Position numbers and translations under genes: made by a program. Below are positions 11,601 to 26,447 of a stretch of 64,000 nt of DNA, one piece after another. The stretch's first letter is position 1. Every line of letters begins with the position of its first letter. The stretch spans positions 1-64,000 of the forward strand of contig JALMLS010000627.1 in the NCBI GenBank assembly GCA_038496445.1, in the 5' to 3' direction. The notes under the pieces are model-generated. The model was not told the DNA's origin and made no database searches. It was given only the letters and a program-made list of their open reading frames with translations. Origin of the DNA: Trichosphaerium sp. ATCC 40318 (Eukaryota; Protista; Tubulinea).

Positions 11601-14600
11601 ACGCACACCGGCGTAGTGTCTAGCGAGGGATATTGTGTTTCCTTTCCAGTCGGCAGGTGACTCCCGTTCAGCAGCAACTTGTATCTGTTCTCCACTCTCA
11701 GTTTTTATCCAAAAGTTATGCTGTGTCATGTTGAATATGCAATATCTAACTGACAAGTAAATGTCGGTGTAGTCTACCCTCACGCTCAATGCCACTATGT
11801 TATGATTGATTGAAAGCGTGGTTTGGTGTATTGATTGCTTTTTGGCTACCAGATATGGGATGGATAAGCGTTCGGTCCATGAATCTGACGAATCTTCACC
11901 AGGCATGCCAATGAAGAAGGAAAAATTGTGTTGATCGAGGTGGGCCAACGGCTCTGAAATCTCGGTGACGTTGAAGTGCGACTGTGCAGGCAGCTGTACT
12001 GTATTCTTTGGCTCTACAACCATGTGTCAACCGAAGAAAGAGATGGTAGGTATTTGATTGGTTGGTAGGTACCTTTGTGATACTTGAGGAACATGGGCAA
12101 TGAACATAGATTATGAATGCAAAAAAGCGGCGAAAAACTAACCAAGTGGTGCCCATGAATGTTCTTTACCAGCGATACTCTGAACATAACCTAGAAACTA
12201 TGTGGGCATGACTGATTTTTTCAGGAACAACGTACTTGTTTATGAGTGTCTTTATCGGGCACGTGGACAGCAACATTGGAACACCTTCTATCCAGCGATA
12301 TTGGTGCTGACCAGTCCGCGTGGACGCCTGTCTTGTGCGCAAATCCTGTAAATTTGGCAATGTTCGGCAGTATAACCCCAGCAGATGAACCTGCGTTAAT
12401 ACACATTGACAAGAAGGTTGAGTTAGGCTGTTGTATATCGATTTCGCTCTAATACTTATGGTGAATAAAGAAACGACCACTCATTGTGCTGCACAAAAGC
12501 GTACGAGTAAGCAAACACTAATGTCTGTGTTAGTGTCATTGGAGAACACGACGGTTCCACGAATGTACACGTGCACACAATCCCCATCATCAACCTGACA
12601 TAAATTGATTAGAGTTTAAAGGACATGCTGTGTACCTGTGTGAATACTCTGACAGGTACCCTCTCGTCATTGCATCGCATGTCTATGTTCATTTTTTGTG
12701 TCTGTGCTGATAATGACACGCCACTCTCTGGTAGAACACTTCCAGGGAGCCACAATCCTAGCTCCTAAGAAAATCTAGTTAGCACATAAAAACAAACAAA
12801 CTAAAAAATTTTGGAAGTGGATTTTGTGTTCTAATGCTTGTAAACCAGGCATCATTGAATTGCGTGCGTTTTGTGTCTGATCAGTGCTTCTTGAGCGCCA
12901 CATATAACGTGTGGACGTGTGTGCATCGATTGATAAGCGTTCATCTGTATTGATTTGTCCATAGCACACTTTGGATGTTGTCTGATTGTGAATGACGTAT
13001 CTCTGGATGGCAAAGGTTTCCGTTTGATGAAGGTCAGCAAGCTGTTTGACGAGCAATCTACCAGTGGCTATAATGGCTTTGTCTATCTCAAATTCGAATT
13101 GATCAGTCTCTATTGCGCCTCTAAACAATCGTTTCTATATGATGTTAATAGTGTATCAATCCAAGAAGCAGTACCAATGGCGATACACTTGTTGAGAATT
13201 TAAAAGTGAGCGGATGGCCTTGAAGGACGGGTTCGTATGTCAAATCGCTAAAATTGACCACTTGCACATCTACAGACGTGGTGACTTTCCCTGTATTCTC
13301 TATGCGCTGTTGTAAGTGGTAGTGTTTTCAATATTGCAAAAAAACCTGAAGGATAAGGCGTTCATCTATGGAACAATGCTTCAACACCGTAAATGATGTT
13401 TGGTTCGCTCTGATGACCAGAATTTCTTCTGACGTGGCGCTTCCTACTCGAATGGATGCCATTGGTAGATCCAAAACGGCGTGTTTGTATGAGTCGTTAG
13501 GAAGGTGACATGATTCGATACAAAATTTATCGACAAGATACTCAGGTTTACAATCGCTAAAATCGTATTTAGGATAAATTACGAATTGATAATGCCTCCA
13601 CGCACATGTCTGTTTTTGCCACAATGAGTTGCCACTTGTAGCTCATCTTACTGGCAGGTCTCCAAGTTTGCGTGTCGCCGCTAAGTATAAATTAAACTGC
13701 AACAAGCGCTACAATGAAGGACCGCACGTTTGTCGATCGAAGGGTGTATCTACGTCTTCCCAGGCATCATTAATGATATCCCAACAACGTAATTTGATGG
13801 ACATTGGATTGCGTGTCTGTACTTTGTCATGGAGTAATGTGATCTTCGAAATCCCGCGGATGCACGAATATCGCCATGCGAACCAGCGTTGATCGCCTTC
13901 AGACGAAAACGAAATATGCCTAGCGCGTGGCGGTACACCAATTTGCCTCATGAACGTAAAATTGAGTTGTTTTAATGTTTCCAATACTATTTCCTGTTGG
14001 GCATAACTCTTCACACGTCTCTCTTCGTCAATTTTAAGACCTGATAGCACGTTATAGTATGATTCAAGAGCATCCTTCATTTCAATGGCCAGAAATAGGT
14101 TTATAGGCGCCGGTGATGACACGTGAACCCTCAAATTAGTAGGAAGGAGATCGTGTGATTCTGTGTGTAGATTTATATCTAGACTCATTGGACTTTCAAC
14201 TATTTGCCAGATCTTACTTCTCCAGTGCAACGCTATTACGACATGAGTGCAAGGCGTGCACATATGCAGGAAATAAAAGAGGTTACGTACCTGTGGTGAC
14301 AGTTGATAAGTTGAATTGGTACTCTTGTGCACGTCCTTACAATTAATTAGTCCAATTTGTATGGTAATAGCTGACTGAGTACCCGTATCACGCGCGCCAC
14401 CAGTAGGCACAGACGTCATAAAGCCTGAAGCAACTCGTGTTTCTATTACTGTGTCGGTACCCACACTCAAATTTGCGCCAATTTTATCAAACACGAGTTT
14501 GTACGATACAAGCACCTCTGATCTATTCTGGCGTTTACCCTTTGGTATCTTGCCTCTCTAAAAGTGTGTTACGATAGGTAAGTGAAAAGCACAACGCACT

Positions 14601-17600
14601 TTAATATGTTTTGTAAATGCAACAAGAGGAGCGATATACTCCATTGGTACATTTATTAAAAATCCACCAACTACCAAAGTGACGGATGTGAGATCAGTAG
14701 CTCTTGTGCCTGTAACTTCAATTGAAACCGCTGTATCAAAGAACATAAGTGGAATACTATATCATATGTACCCGCTTACCTTGGCCATCAAAGTTGAGTA
14801 TTGTCTCGCCAGCACCTTGTTTATTCAGCTACTTACGTGAAAACTGGGATGCGTACCATTTGATATGACTATGTTTGGTAAGCTTATAACGCTTTTTGTG
14901 GCCGTTGAAAGTACAGTCGCATTAATTGAAATAGCTTTCATTTTAGCCATTAATACTAGTGTATCGTCCACCACAGTATCCACGTTAAACGCTGCTATCG
15001 AGCAGGTAGCTTCCAGTCGCACGTTCGATAGTACTTTATCTTTCCGTAACTGCTGTTGACTTGGCTGCGATAGAGTTGATCTACCACTACTAGAGTGCTA
15101 CAGTTATGTCTTTATAGCAAAAAAAGCTAGAATATACCTGGAGGAAGGCAGGCATGATAGGATGCCAAGTAAAGTATCGGCATTGACGTCAAGTGTGATG
15201 GCATCAACTTGAGTATCGGCCACCATAAACAAAGGAGCACCGCCATCTGTTGCCCTTGCAATTGTACCGTGAGCATGGCCTCTAACGCCTACCGGCTTTC
15301 GCAAGAAACTATTTCTAGTCATTCCTCTTTTGGTACTATTTAATAACACGAGTTAACGCACGTGTTTGTTTGGCCATCAGAAGTCACATCTACTTTGCTA
15401 ACATTTGCGTTCAGCTTGAGCTCTAATTCAGCTTCGTTCTTTGCAACAACGTGTTTACTATGACACGCCAGGGACCCTTTAGTCGTTGATATAACGAGAC
15501 TATTGTTTCCTTGGCGCAGATGAAGGTGAACTGCAAAAATAAAACCGTGAGATGTAGAACAAGACATAACTATTTAAAATACCTCCATTTGTTGACGCTT
15601 CCACGTCGACTAGAGTTGCACCGAATACTTGCTGCAATATACGCAGAGAGGATTTAGATGGTGGCTTCTTTTTTTGTTTTGAGAGCGCAAGGCCAGGTAT
15701 TTTAATGACTTGCGAAAGATCAATAGCCAATTCAGGAATTGCCACAACCACACTACAACTTGCTATGCTAGAGTGATCGTGTGCAAACGTGACATCACAA
15801 GTAATAGCTCCACTTTGGGACTGTGAAGGTATCCACGCAATTGGCGTAGACCCACTCTTTGCAGCCGTTTTGTCTTTGTTTGGGAATTCCACAAAAAGGG
15901 ATGGATGCACCAACGCAAACACATACTTCATTGTACGCAATGTGTCTGATTCCAAGGCGATGTGGAGTGACACCCAACTGGCAATGACCACGCCTTAACA
16001 AAAATCGTTAGGACAGTTGCTAAATATTGGATCATGTACCGTCAGGTAGGTCCAGTCTACAGGCCATCCGTGGCACCTGCAACTTGAAAGTAAATCCGGC
16101 GGATGCTTGTTTAAATCCAACTGGAATCACGTTGGCACTGACTTGATCACTGGCATTTGGTAGGTATTTGACAATGTCGCGGACAACGTCTATCAAAGAT
16201 GGGGAAATGGTCATGTCAATGGGCGTTAAGGCTACGTCCGTAGCTACAAGTTTGCCTGTCTTGTGTATAGATGCATCTAAAGTCAATTCTTTCAAAAAAT
16301 TGAATGGCGGTCGTTTCCTGGTTTGCTGTGATGCTCCTGAGTAGCCAACAAGACCTACAATGCCCATTGTAATCGACAAAGAATCTTGCGACAGTGCAAA
16401 CGCTTTTGCCATTTCAATACGAACTCCACGGGTGGCAAAGCAAACTTGAAGTGAGCCTACACCTATAGTGATGTGATTGGACGCTACCATGTGCATCTAG
16501 AAATTTGAGTTAACCCTGATATGATTTTAAGCAAAGAGCACACTGAGTACCATCTTAAAAACTCGGTTTATAGATCCAACTAACACTTCTAGAATCAGTT
16601 GCTTGCTGCGCTTGCGTGTGAATGATACAGATGACATTATGACATCCAAGAGCGGTAATGGAGATAGTATAGTGTTTCCAACAGATGCAACGGTCCTGCT
16701 TGGATTCAAGCGATCCCCTGTGTATTCTATAGATAAGTAATGAGAGCTTCCAACCGCTGACCTAGAGGTGCCATTACATTAATACAATAAATCTAAAAGT
16801 GAGTAGCATACCCAATCAAAACTTGTTCAGTATTGCTTGTAACAGAGACATCTTCAATAGAAATTCTGAGTGTTGTAAGTGCCCCGTTTTTGTCAATTTT
16901 GAGTTCGAAGCTGAGGCCTGACACCGATGACTGCAGCACTTGATCATTCAAATCATCGTTTAACATAACAGGCTTTCCTCTTAGGTGTTGTATAAGACCC
17001 TTTAAAACCGTATCAGCGTATACAGGGATTTTAGTGCCCACTTGATAGGAAAACATACCACCAATACTGCTACAATACGCCCTGATACTTGCACTTTGGT
17101 TAACGTTGTGCGCAGCGTGTATGATTTACTATATGCCCTTTCCTTGTTTGCTTCGCCAATGTACTTGGTCCACTCGAAATCCAGGTCTAGATCGGGTATC
17201 ACCTGGAATCTGGTAGGTGACTGACATGGCATTAGTTGGATTGGATTGCGATCACTGGTTGTTTGCGTACATTAGGAATGCCAATGAGTCCACCATTTAC
17301 ATGTGTTGTTGTTATGTGGTAGGTTCGGTACTTGGACTTGCTCCCCATCTCAAATTTAAAACTCCCAACGTTGCCATAGATAGTGTATTTTGCTATACGC
17401 GTTTCTAATTTACTGTTGAGCAATACAACACGTGATAATAGTCAAGGATGATAAAACAAAAAACTAGTAAAATGTTCTCAAAAGGATATTTACTGCCAGA
17501 GGGCTACTAGGTACAACCGGTGACGAAGAATATTCCAGTACATCGGAGGGAGGGATAAAAAACGAAATAAGAGCTAATAATATGGCGTGGATGTAGTGAA

Positions 17601-19408
17601 CGGCGATGTTTTCAACGCGAACATCCAATTTCTTCTGCTTTTTCCTAAGAATGCAGCATTGGTACGACGGATACTGACGCAATTATTCGTACCCTGCCTC
17701 CATAAACGAACAGTATGCCACTTGAAAAGCTGCTTCGGGTGCGCTACCATCGCTTTATAGCGTTAGATGATATAAAAAGAGCAAACGCACAGGCAATCTA
17801 CTATCAACTCGTCCGAATTTAAAGTTCCACTTTGCAACGATGCGGTGACATTCATTGCTCCTTGTCCTACTAACGCATAATAAGAAAAAATAAGAAGAGT
17901 GGAGTAGGATACCCAAGTCTATTGCCAAGGCGAATTCTGATCCTTTGAGGACCAATGGAGGTTGATACGCTTTTCCTAGGTCAATGACTAATTCCACATC
18001 TTTAATTTGGATGCTTATTATCTTTCCAGTTGGGCCAGTGTAGCTTCAAAACAGTTGGTGGTGTGCTTTACCATTAAACAAATACTGTTAATTCACGCAC
18101 GCGTTTGATTCGGGATTCTGCACCCACGACCAGGCCCACGACGACCACGATGCATCAGCAACGTCGACAGCTGTTGAGACCAGCTCTTTGTTAATTGTAG
18201 CAGTATCACTTACGGCGGGATTAGAGGATGTAGTGGATATGTTAATGAGAGACACTATGAACATGTAGAGAGAATCAATCATTGTTTTGTCAATCCGCGC
18301 AGCCAGCTTGGCAATTATAACTTCGACCACTAATTTGTATGGTTTGCCTTGGTATAATAATGCCTGTGGTGGCTCGTCACTATCTGTTTCCTGTTTTGCT
18401 ATCCCCTTTTGAAAGGCAAGGTTCACTTGTACTTGCAATTGCGTTACAGCAGGCCCTTTGGGTTTGTAAGTGACTTGAACGAGGTACACTAGGGTGGTAC
18501 CACTAGGATTGGAGAGACTGCTAGATACAGACAACCCGGATAAGGCGATGGATTTGCGCCAGATATTGGACGGTCCAGGATCCTACTGGCAACTTAACTG
18601 AGAGCCTCATGAGCTAATGCGTACGCAAAACTTGCAATTCCATTGCTCATCTGTTGATCTCACGGTAAGTGCATCTATTGTGTACGTCATTACGCCCATT
18701 CCTTGTTCTGACATGTCATACTTCAAAATCAAATTCTTGACATCGACAGTTACCTCAAGTAATTTAATAAGCACGGGATCACAATGGTTTGATACTTACA
18801 TTAGACGCAATCTGATTCAACCATGATTTGACCCAAGTAGGGAATGCCCAAATAGAGGCATCGACTTCTACCTTGTGTTAACTATACCTTTCCAATTAGA
18901 AGAGCTTTACCTTGTTGTATTGTTTCCTTGCTAACTGTCTCGTTGTTATTTGTGGGCCTCACTATAAACTCTAGCGTGTTCAGTACAACCTACGGAATTG
19001 TGTTAAGATGAATGACACGCGATTATACAATGATGGAAATGTCACCTTCACCGGGTTTGACTGCAGCGACGCCCAGGGTACAACTAGCTCCAAGTGTTTT
19101 ATTTTACCTGACACGAACTCCAATCCATTTACAATTTCATTCAGAGCTACAGGTGTTAGCACGCCTGTAGTTTTTATGACCCCTTGTACGCACTCTCAAC
19201 TTTAACTTCTAACGAGTTAAGGCTTACGTGACCGCCTACGCTTTAATTACGCGACAAAACACTTGATTTAGAAAAAACGTTACCCCATAACGACACATTG
19301 TAATCTGGTAAATGCTACATACGTATTAAACGCGTTCACGGGCGACAACGGTACCTTGATGTATTTGTCGACGTATTGTAATATTAACGGCGCTAAATAG
19401 CTCTCCAT
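8663..19408 (-). CDS. VPS13B: VPS13B-like bridge lipid transfer protein (many exons; not every junction traced)
   Basis: Chorein-N MESYLAPLILQYVDKYIK...SLWG...SGKIKHLELVVPWASLQSNPVKV; WSSWAWSWV motif; VAB-like repeats; C-terminal LGSLELLGNP...GLSDF and Gly-rich ATG_C-like segments. Confidence 0.85.
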
Positions 19409-19542
19409 TTCACCAGAAGCGCATTTTTCGATACAAACCTCGTTGTAGCGTGGAGCGTGATGACACGGAGAAAGAATGACTTAAAATCGTCGCTTTTTTT
19501 TTTGAAAAGCAACAATAAGCGCTTAAACTAACGAAACTCGCA

Positions 19543-21032
19543 ATGAGTCGCCAAGGTTTACAAGTATGCACAGGCTCATTAACAGGAATGGTAAAATTTA
19601 CAGATTTACAAACGTATGGTCAAAGAGGGCAATATGGGCGGGCGAATAAAGCCAAGGAGGTCATAGGTACTATTTTACAACATCAACTAAGCTGAGAAAT
19701 TTGTTACAAGGTATTTGTAAGGTAAAGCTCTTAATTACGCGTAATTTACAATATAACATTGGTGCAGCACGCTCCAGAGTCACTTTTGGTGTCATTCAAA
19801 GACACAACCGTTATCAAGATAAATACAAGAACACTGGAAGCGCAAAAGGTACCTCTGCAACTTGACAGCAGCGTGCGCACACTTTGTAAAACGCACCCTC
19901 TGGGCGACAGCAGCACAGCAGTAGAGTACGCACAATTTTCACGTGCAATGTTTCGTAGCATACTAAATTTTCGTTTTGCTGTACAGCCGCATACTCACTC
20001 TCAGTGGTGAAAAAACGTGCCATTGTTCCGTTTTGTCTACGACTACAGGTGAACCGATTGTGCAGTGGAACGTTAAAAAAAAGTATCCAATCAGCTGTTC
20101 CGCTGTAACATACGACCACAGATCCCTATTCATTGGTGGAAGGGATCAGACTGGTGGTGTTGTAGACATAGAAACGCAAGAGCTTTTGCTAAGCTGTAGA
20201 AATGTGGCGAAAACTAATCTTGGCAACCCTGTAAAAATATGGGACAGAGACGCTGAGTGGCTGCCTGACAGCTCATCTATATTTCGAACATGTACAGGCT
20301 TCGTACCAGAGGTTAGGACCTATGACTTAAGAGTAAAAAGGCCACCGGTGTATCGCTATAGGCTAGATATAGACGAGGTCGACAACTTAACATTGCTCCG
20401 ACACAGTCCAGATGTACGTTATATTACACGTTTAAGCTGAGGGGAGGCTGCTTCCCTTGGCGAACCAAGGTGGCACATTCTCACAATCTACGAAGGGTAA
20501 CACAATGGCTGTATCATGTAACAAAGGCAGAATGTATCTCCTTGGTACGCTATTTATTACTGAGTGTAGTAGCAATACAAGAGCGCTAATCGAAACCAAC
20601 GCTATCTAGATGCTAGAAAACCTGAGGCTTTTAAGATAGCTGGTAGGCTACAACAACCACTTGGAAGTCTACGTGATGGTATATTCAGCCCAAAGGCAGA
20701 CATATTTGTGGCGGTTGGGCTTGATAGGTTCTTGTATATTTTTGACACTAAAAAGCACCGCCTCATAAAGAAGATGTACATGAAGCAAATGTTGTCCAGA
20801 GTTTGCTGGATAGATTCACCTGACGATGACAGCAGCGATGAAGAGGATGACGACAGTACAAAAACATGATTATACGTTAACGGGTAATACTAACGGCTTT
20901 GCAGGTGAGGTAGACGAAGAGGAGCGCGATGAACTATGGGACGACTTACCAAAAGTTGGATATAAACGATCAAGAAGTGGTGACACGCCAACCAGAAACA
21001 AAAAACAAAAGAAAGAACGCATACAAAAGTAA
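19543..21032 (+). CDS. WDR74: WD40 60S ribosome biogenesis factor NSA1/WDR74
   Basis: IGGRDQ...RNVAKTNLGNPVKIWDRD...TCTG..VRTYD..KRPPV; GSLR; VGLDRFLYIFD; KKMYMKQML; acidic/basic tail. Confidence 0.88.
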
Positions 21033-21133
21033 TCAAAATAGCAGAAAGCCCAAAATTCCTACTTGTAATAATATAAAATCCAACAACCAAGAAAAAAAAA
21101 GTCTTACAAATTCATAACTCGTTTGTGACAACA

Positions 21134-21911
21134 ATGCTACGTGTGGCTCTCAGACAACGAATTCCGGCAGGAACACAGTGTACATTTAACTCTGATACAA
21201 CTGCTGTGGCGTACACGCCCTCTGCTGACAAAGCCGAATCAAAACGCAAAGTAGCAGGATTATACCGCAAGGTACTAATAAAGCAACCTGGGTGATAATT
21301 AAAGGTTTTAATAGATATTGAAAGAAGGTCCAGGCCTATTAATGAAATACCAAGTTAGAACTTCATTAGCATACTTTAGACGCCGTGTGCGAGCAGATTT
21401 TTTCAAGCACAGAAATGTAGCCAGGTACGCAACAAATTGGTAAACTAGCTCATTACAAGGTAGTACACACATTGTCGATAGATTGGTTCACCAAGGTAGG
21501 ACTAAACACTTAAATTGATTCTGACAGCGTTAAAAACACCAAACCAAGTCAAGAGTTGCAACAACGCTGAAAAAAGAAGCTGTAACACCTTTTTTTCGTG
21601 ACGCTTTTTTTTTATTGAAATGATCTTCAACTTCCATGTACTGATCCACCACAGCAACTTGCGAACTTCTAGAAGCCCAAGAACTACTTTGGAGTACTGC
21701 TCATGTGTTGAGGTAAGACACAATGTTGAAGTATGCTATGACATTAACACGTCATTTGTTAAAAGGTACCTATACCCAGAAGAGTACGATAAGGGCGCCA
21801 AACCAGATGAAATGATGAGAAACTTTATTGCAACCATGCAGGTATGTCATGTGACCAATTATCAGGTCATACTTTGATTGTCGTTAACGCTTCTTTAAGG
21901 AAAATGCGTAA
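21134..21911 (+). CDS. NDUFA6: Complex I LYR-motif subunit NDUFA6 (B14)
   Basis: Spliced: ESKRKVAGLYRKILKE...RVRADFFKHRNV...IVDRLV...ELLEAQELLWSTAHVLRYL. Confidence 0.82.
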
Positions 21912-22132
21912 TTACACTAAAATCAACGCCCTGTGTCGCTAACTTTGTACAAAAATTTTATATAACTCGCACCTGCTATTCATATCAAGTAATAAAGAAT
22001 GACAAGTGTCAGCATTCTGTGCATGTCGCTATTAGAGGAAAATTCGCAAATAAAAAATAAATTCATAGCAAATACTGACTTAACATAAAATATTTGACGT
22101 AGAAATACTAGCCAGAAACCACATTAAACAAC

Positions 22133-24686
22133 ATGCCAGTTGTCTCTGTATTGAAAAAGGACTTGTTCGCTTCTTTAGGCCTAGACGAGAAGACGTACAG
22201 TGCGTAATAAAATATTCGTACCAACAAAACATTAATTGAGACCGCGTAGCGAATGAGGACTTCGACCATCTGTGTTTCCAGTTCGGCATTGAGTTAGATG
22301 ATGTGGTACGTATAAATTGTTTTTATGCGCAGTGTTATCAGCCACTGGCGTGTCGTGAGTGTATACGAGAGTAATTTGGAGTTATTAGACTTCTGAAAGG
22401 AAAGAATGGCTCAAACAAAACAAAGTATTGCGGAAAGACCTTCCAGACGACACTATCTTCAAAATTGAAGTGCCAGCGAACAGGTACGTATTTCTATGCA
22501 TAATTTTACTTACGCGGCTCTAGATACGATTTGTTGTGTTTGGAGGGCTTATCGCGTGCGCTACAATGTTATAGGGAGGTCAGCGGGTACCCAATTAACA
22601 AAGTTGTGACACCAGCGAAACCTTTGGAGATAAAGGTCGATAAGAGTGTAGCTGACATTAGGCCTTTTGTTGTTTGCGGCGTTTTACGTAACATCGAATT
22701 CACACCATTGTCATACAAAGTACTGTACTCCCTCATCTACCACCTGACTCACCAACTGGCTAGAACTTCATTGAACTTCAAGACAAATTACACCAAAACG
22801 TGTGTCGCGAGAGGACTTTGGTTTCTGTTGGAACCCACGATCTGGACACTGTTCAGCCCCCTTTCTTGTATACTGCCAGAAAACCCGCAGACATTAAATT
22901 CGTAGCTTTGAAAAGAACTAAAGCTCTTACAGCTGTGGAACTATTCGCTGATATTGACGTACGGTTTCACTAATACAGACTTTTTTAAATATGAGAAATT
23001 TTTAAGAAAAGCTTGTAGGAAAATGATCCTTTCCTAAAAAAATACTTGGGCATCATCCGCGATTTGCCATTGTATCCTGTAGTAGAAGACAGCAACGGTG
23101 TAGTGATGTCTTTGCCTCCTATCATCAATGGGCGTCATTCACAAATTACGCTTGAGACCAAGAACGTCTTCATCGAGGTCACTGCAACTGATAAAACTAA
23201 AGCAGGCATCGTTTTAGACACCATTGCAACAATGTTCTCAGAGTACTGCACTGGTGACTGCCAATGGACGTACGTATTTTGTTCTGGACTATTTCGAATT
23301 CTGACTTTTTCTACAATCATTTATCTATCTATTGGTTTATCCACAAAATTTTAACCCTTGTTCGACTTTAATTAATTACTATAGTGTCGAGTCTGTACGC
23401 GTAGTATCCTCCAGCGGTGGTACGAATTCGCAATTCTTGGGCGAAACTAATGATGGGAGCGCTTCCGTCACGCCATTTCAAAAAAGCCAAATCATCCTTT
23501 TTATTCTTTCCCTGTTTTCTGTCATCTGACATTTTAGTAGATTTGATCACAGTACAGCCAGATTTCACACCAAGATACGTGACAGCGGATTTGTCATACG
23601 TAAATGCTGCAATCGGCGTGGAGATTGAGCCAAAAACAGTACCCAAACTATTGTCCAGGATGGGTTTGGTTTCAGAGCTCGTTAAAAACAACACGCAAGT
23701 TAAAGTTACTGTGCCACCTACTCGATCAGGTACGCTCAAGCTAGATGTATCCAAATTAAGTGACCCCCCTATCTAGATTTGCTTCACGCCTGCGACATTA
23801 TGGAGGATGTGGCCATAGGCTATGGCTTCAACGACCTTCCTCGCACTATCCCAAAAACCCTTACTGTCGGCAAACCATACCCTTTGAATAAATTATCCGA
23901 CAAATTGCGACAGGAATGTGCGCTAGCAGGTTACACAGAAGTACTCAATTTATCACTGGTACGCACACTTATTGAAGCCGTTACCGGTGACACGAGCCTA
24001 ATTTTTTGTTGTAGTTATCTAAGAAGGATAATTTCGAGAGTTTGCTCGTAAAGGACGATGGCAATGTAGCCGTCGAACTTTCTGGCTCCAAAACCAAAGA
24101 ATACCAGGTACGCCCACTTGACTAGTTTTTCAACAACTGCCGGTTTTAACTAATTGGTAGGTTGTACGAACCAACTTGCTAGCTGGTATCTTAAAAACAG
24201 TTGCCTTCAACAAGCACATACGCCGACCATTGAAAGTCTTTGAATTGTCAGACGTGGTCGTCTTGAACGATGCCACCGAGGTAGGTGCCGAGAACAAACG
24301 TATACTGTGTGCCGTATACTCCAACAAAACTGCTGGATTTGAAGTTGTCCATGGATTGCTTGACAACATCATGGTTGCTGCCGATGTACCATTCAAAGGC
24401 GCAAAAAAAGCAAAAAAAGTAAAGAAAGGTGAAGAAGAGGACAAAACTGAGCAAGTAAACAAAACTGAATACAGACTCGAGAAAACCGAAAACCCAACGT
24501 ACCTACCAGGCCGTTGTGCAACAGTATACTATGGGGATCAAGTCATTGGTGAGCTTGGTATTATTCACCCTGAGGTAAGGCAGTTGGGTAGTAGCGACAC
24601 TAACGACGTTCACACAGGTTCTCAAAAATTTTGGCATCACCTTCCCATGCTCTGCACTATCCCTTAATGTCAACCTTCTCTTGTAA
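22133..24686 (+). CDS. FARSB: Cytosolic phenylalanyl-tRNA synthetase beta subunit (apparent indel at end of exon 1)
   Basis: [85 protein letters not shown]. Confidence 0.96.
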
Positions 24687-24864
24687 ACCAAAATTTGTTT
24701 TCTTTGACACATTATTAAAAAATTTGTGCGCTTCTCCCTCTCTCAACACTGTAGCACCAATCGCATTTTGGTGCGCAACCAACATCGGAAATGAGCAAAG
24801 CTTGGATTGCAATGTAACTGTACAATATTTATTTCTAGTGCCGTAGTCTTCTACAAGCCAGATT

Positions 24865-25724
24865 TTAGCCTTTGTCGTAACGTGGTTTGCCAACGTTAAA
24901 GGGAAGATACTTCCACCGCAACATGTGTCTAGTTGTCAAACGGGTCAGCCAATAATTTTGAAATATGTAGAAAACACTCAAATGACAAAAATTACTCGTT
25001 TTTTGGACGAAACAAAGATAATGGTACTTTGCCACAAGATCACGTACTGTATTTGTTTTTTCATTGTGACCAGGAAGAGCACTATAAAGTACACGAGAAG
25101 AATAGGCCAAAATGCAGGAATGTTCAACACACTAAAAAACGTGCATATAAGCGCGATCACACACGCTCTGCACATGGCATACCTACAGTGAAAGCCATGA
25201 GTGGGGTGATGCAGGTCAAACAATAACAAGACGTACCAAAATTTGAACTCGGATAGTTTCCGAACAAATGGCTTGTAATCATCCGCAGCTTTGGTTGGAA
25301 GTGCGTCTTCTTCCAGCTCAGGGTCTACTAGAGGCGTAACAAAACTTATGAACAAGTTCAGTATGTAGATTGCAAGCGCGTAGGAGATGATATACCTAGG
25401 TTCCAAGTGAGAAAATATCGCTTGTGGTGTTTTATGTTGTGACAGCCACGAAAAATTAGCGTATGAGCTTTGTAGGCAACAGCGCATATTTTGGGGAGCT
25501 TTAAAAACGTTAAAATGATTTTCTGCCCTGGCGTACCATCCACTCAAGAACCACACCCGCACACTGTATACAAGCAATAACAGTATGGCAAATACCCATC
25601 TGCCAGCCTTATACGGTACAGAGTCATCAATTAACTTTTGCCATCGTTGTTGGCCGGTCAAATACAGACTATATACAGCTGAGGGCTTTGATGATAATGT
25701 GCCATCGGTACTATCACTTTCCAT
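24865..25724 (-). CDS. RER1: Rer1 ER retrieval receptor
   Basis: GWYIISYALAIYILNLF, YKPFVRKLSEFKFW, FWPILLVYF, TMKKQIQHM..KYLPFNVGKPRY. Confidence 0.95.
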
Positions 25725-25889
25725 GTTTACTACGTTGCAAAAAAGTGTAGTAAACCCAAATACGCAGACTTAATTAACCATTAAAAAAAAAGTTACAAGT
25801 GGAGTCCAACGCGCATAGCGCTGCCAACTACATGTTTATTTTCGAAATGTACATGTTGTCAAACGTCAAACAAGTTGAGAAATGAGTGC

Positions 25890-26357
25890 TTAAAACAATA
25901 ACGCCTTATTCAATCGCCCTTTCTTTTTCTCGTACTGCTCAGCAGTCCACGTCTACAAATGAACAGTGTCAAAATTATTAAGGCGATAGTTTGTCATACC
26001 TTCATTGTGATGGCGTGTATTTGTTTCTGGTACTCCTTTATACTTTCATATACCTGCATTGACGTTATTTAGGTATATTACACCGGTTTGTACCTTTTTT
26101 TGACGGTCAACCAAACTCATGTCGTTAAATGCCTCAGCGACCACAACGGTGGCAAATTTAGAGCCACAGCCATCTGATTCATCAATGACTTTCTACAATT
26201 AAGGTTTTTTAACGTTACGATTTGTCCACTCGCACTAACTACGCACCACACGTTCAGCAGGGATGCCAACTTTTATTGCTTGCGCCAATACCTCTAAACG
26301 GCAATAATAAATACGTATTCTAGTTTTACATGAATGCAAACCTGGTTTAAGTGCCAT
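25890..26357 (-). CDS. BOLA2: BolA2-type Fe-S trafficking protein, 5 exons
   Basis: Spliced: MALKPE...VIDESDGCGSKFATVVVAEAFNDMSLVDRQKKVYESIKEYQKQIHAITMKTWTAEQY. Confidence 0.85.
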
Positions 26358-26447
26358 AGCGAATGCGTTGAATAGTGTTTGAAAAGAGGATTTGCTTGAC
26401 CCAGTTTTTCTCATCAATTTCTTTTTTGTACAGCTATTTCAACAACA

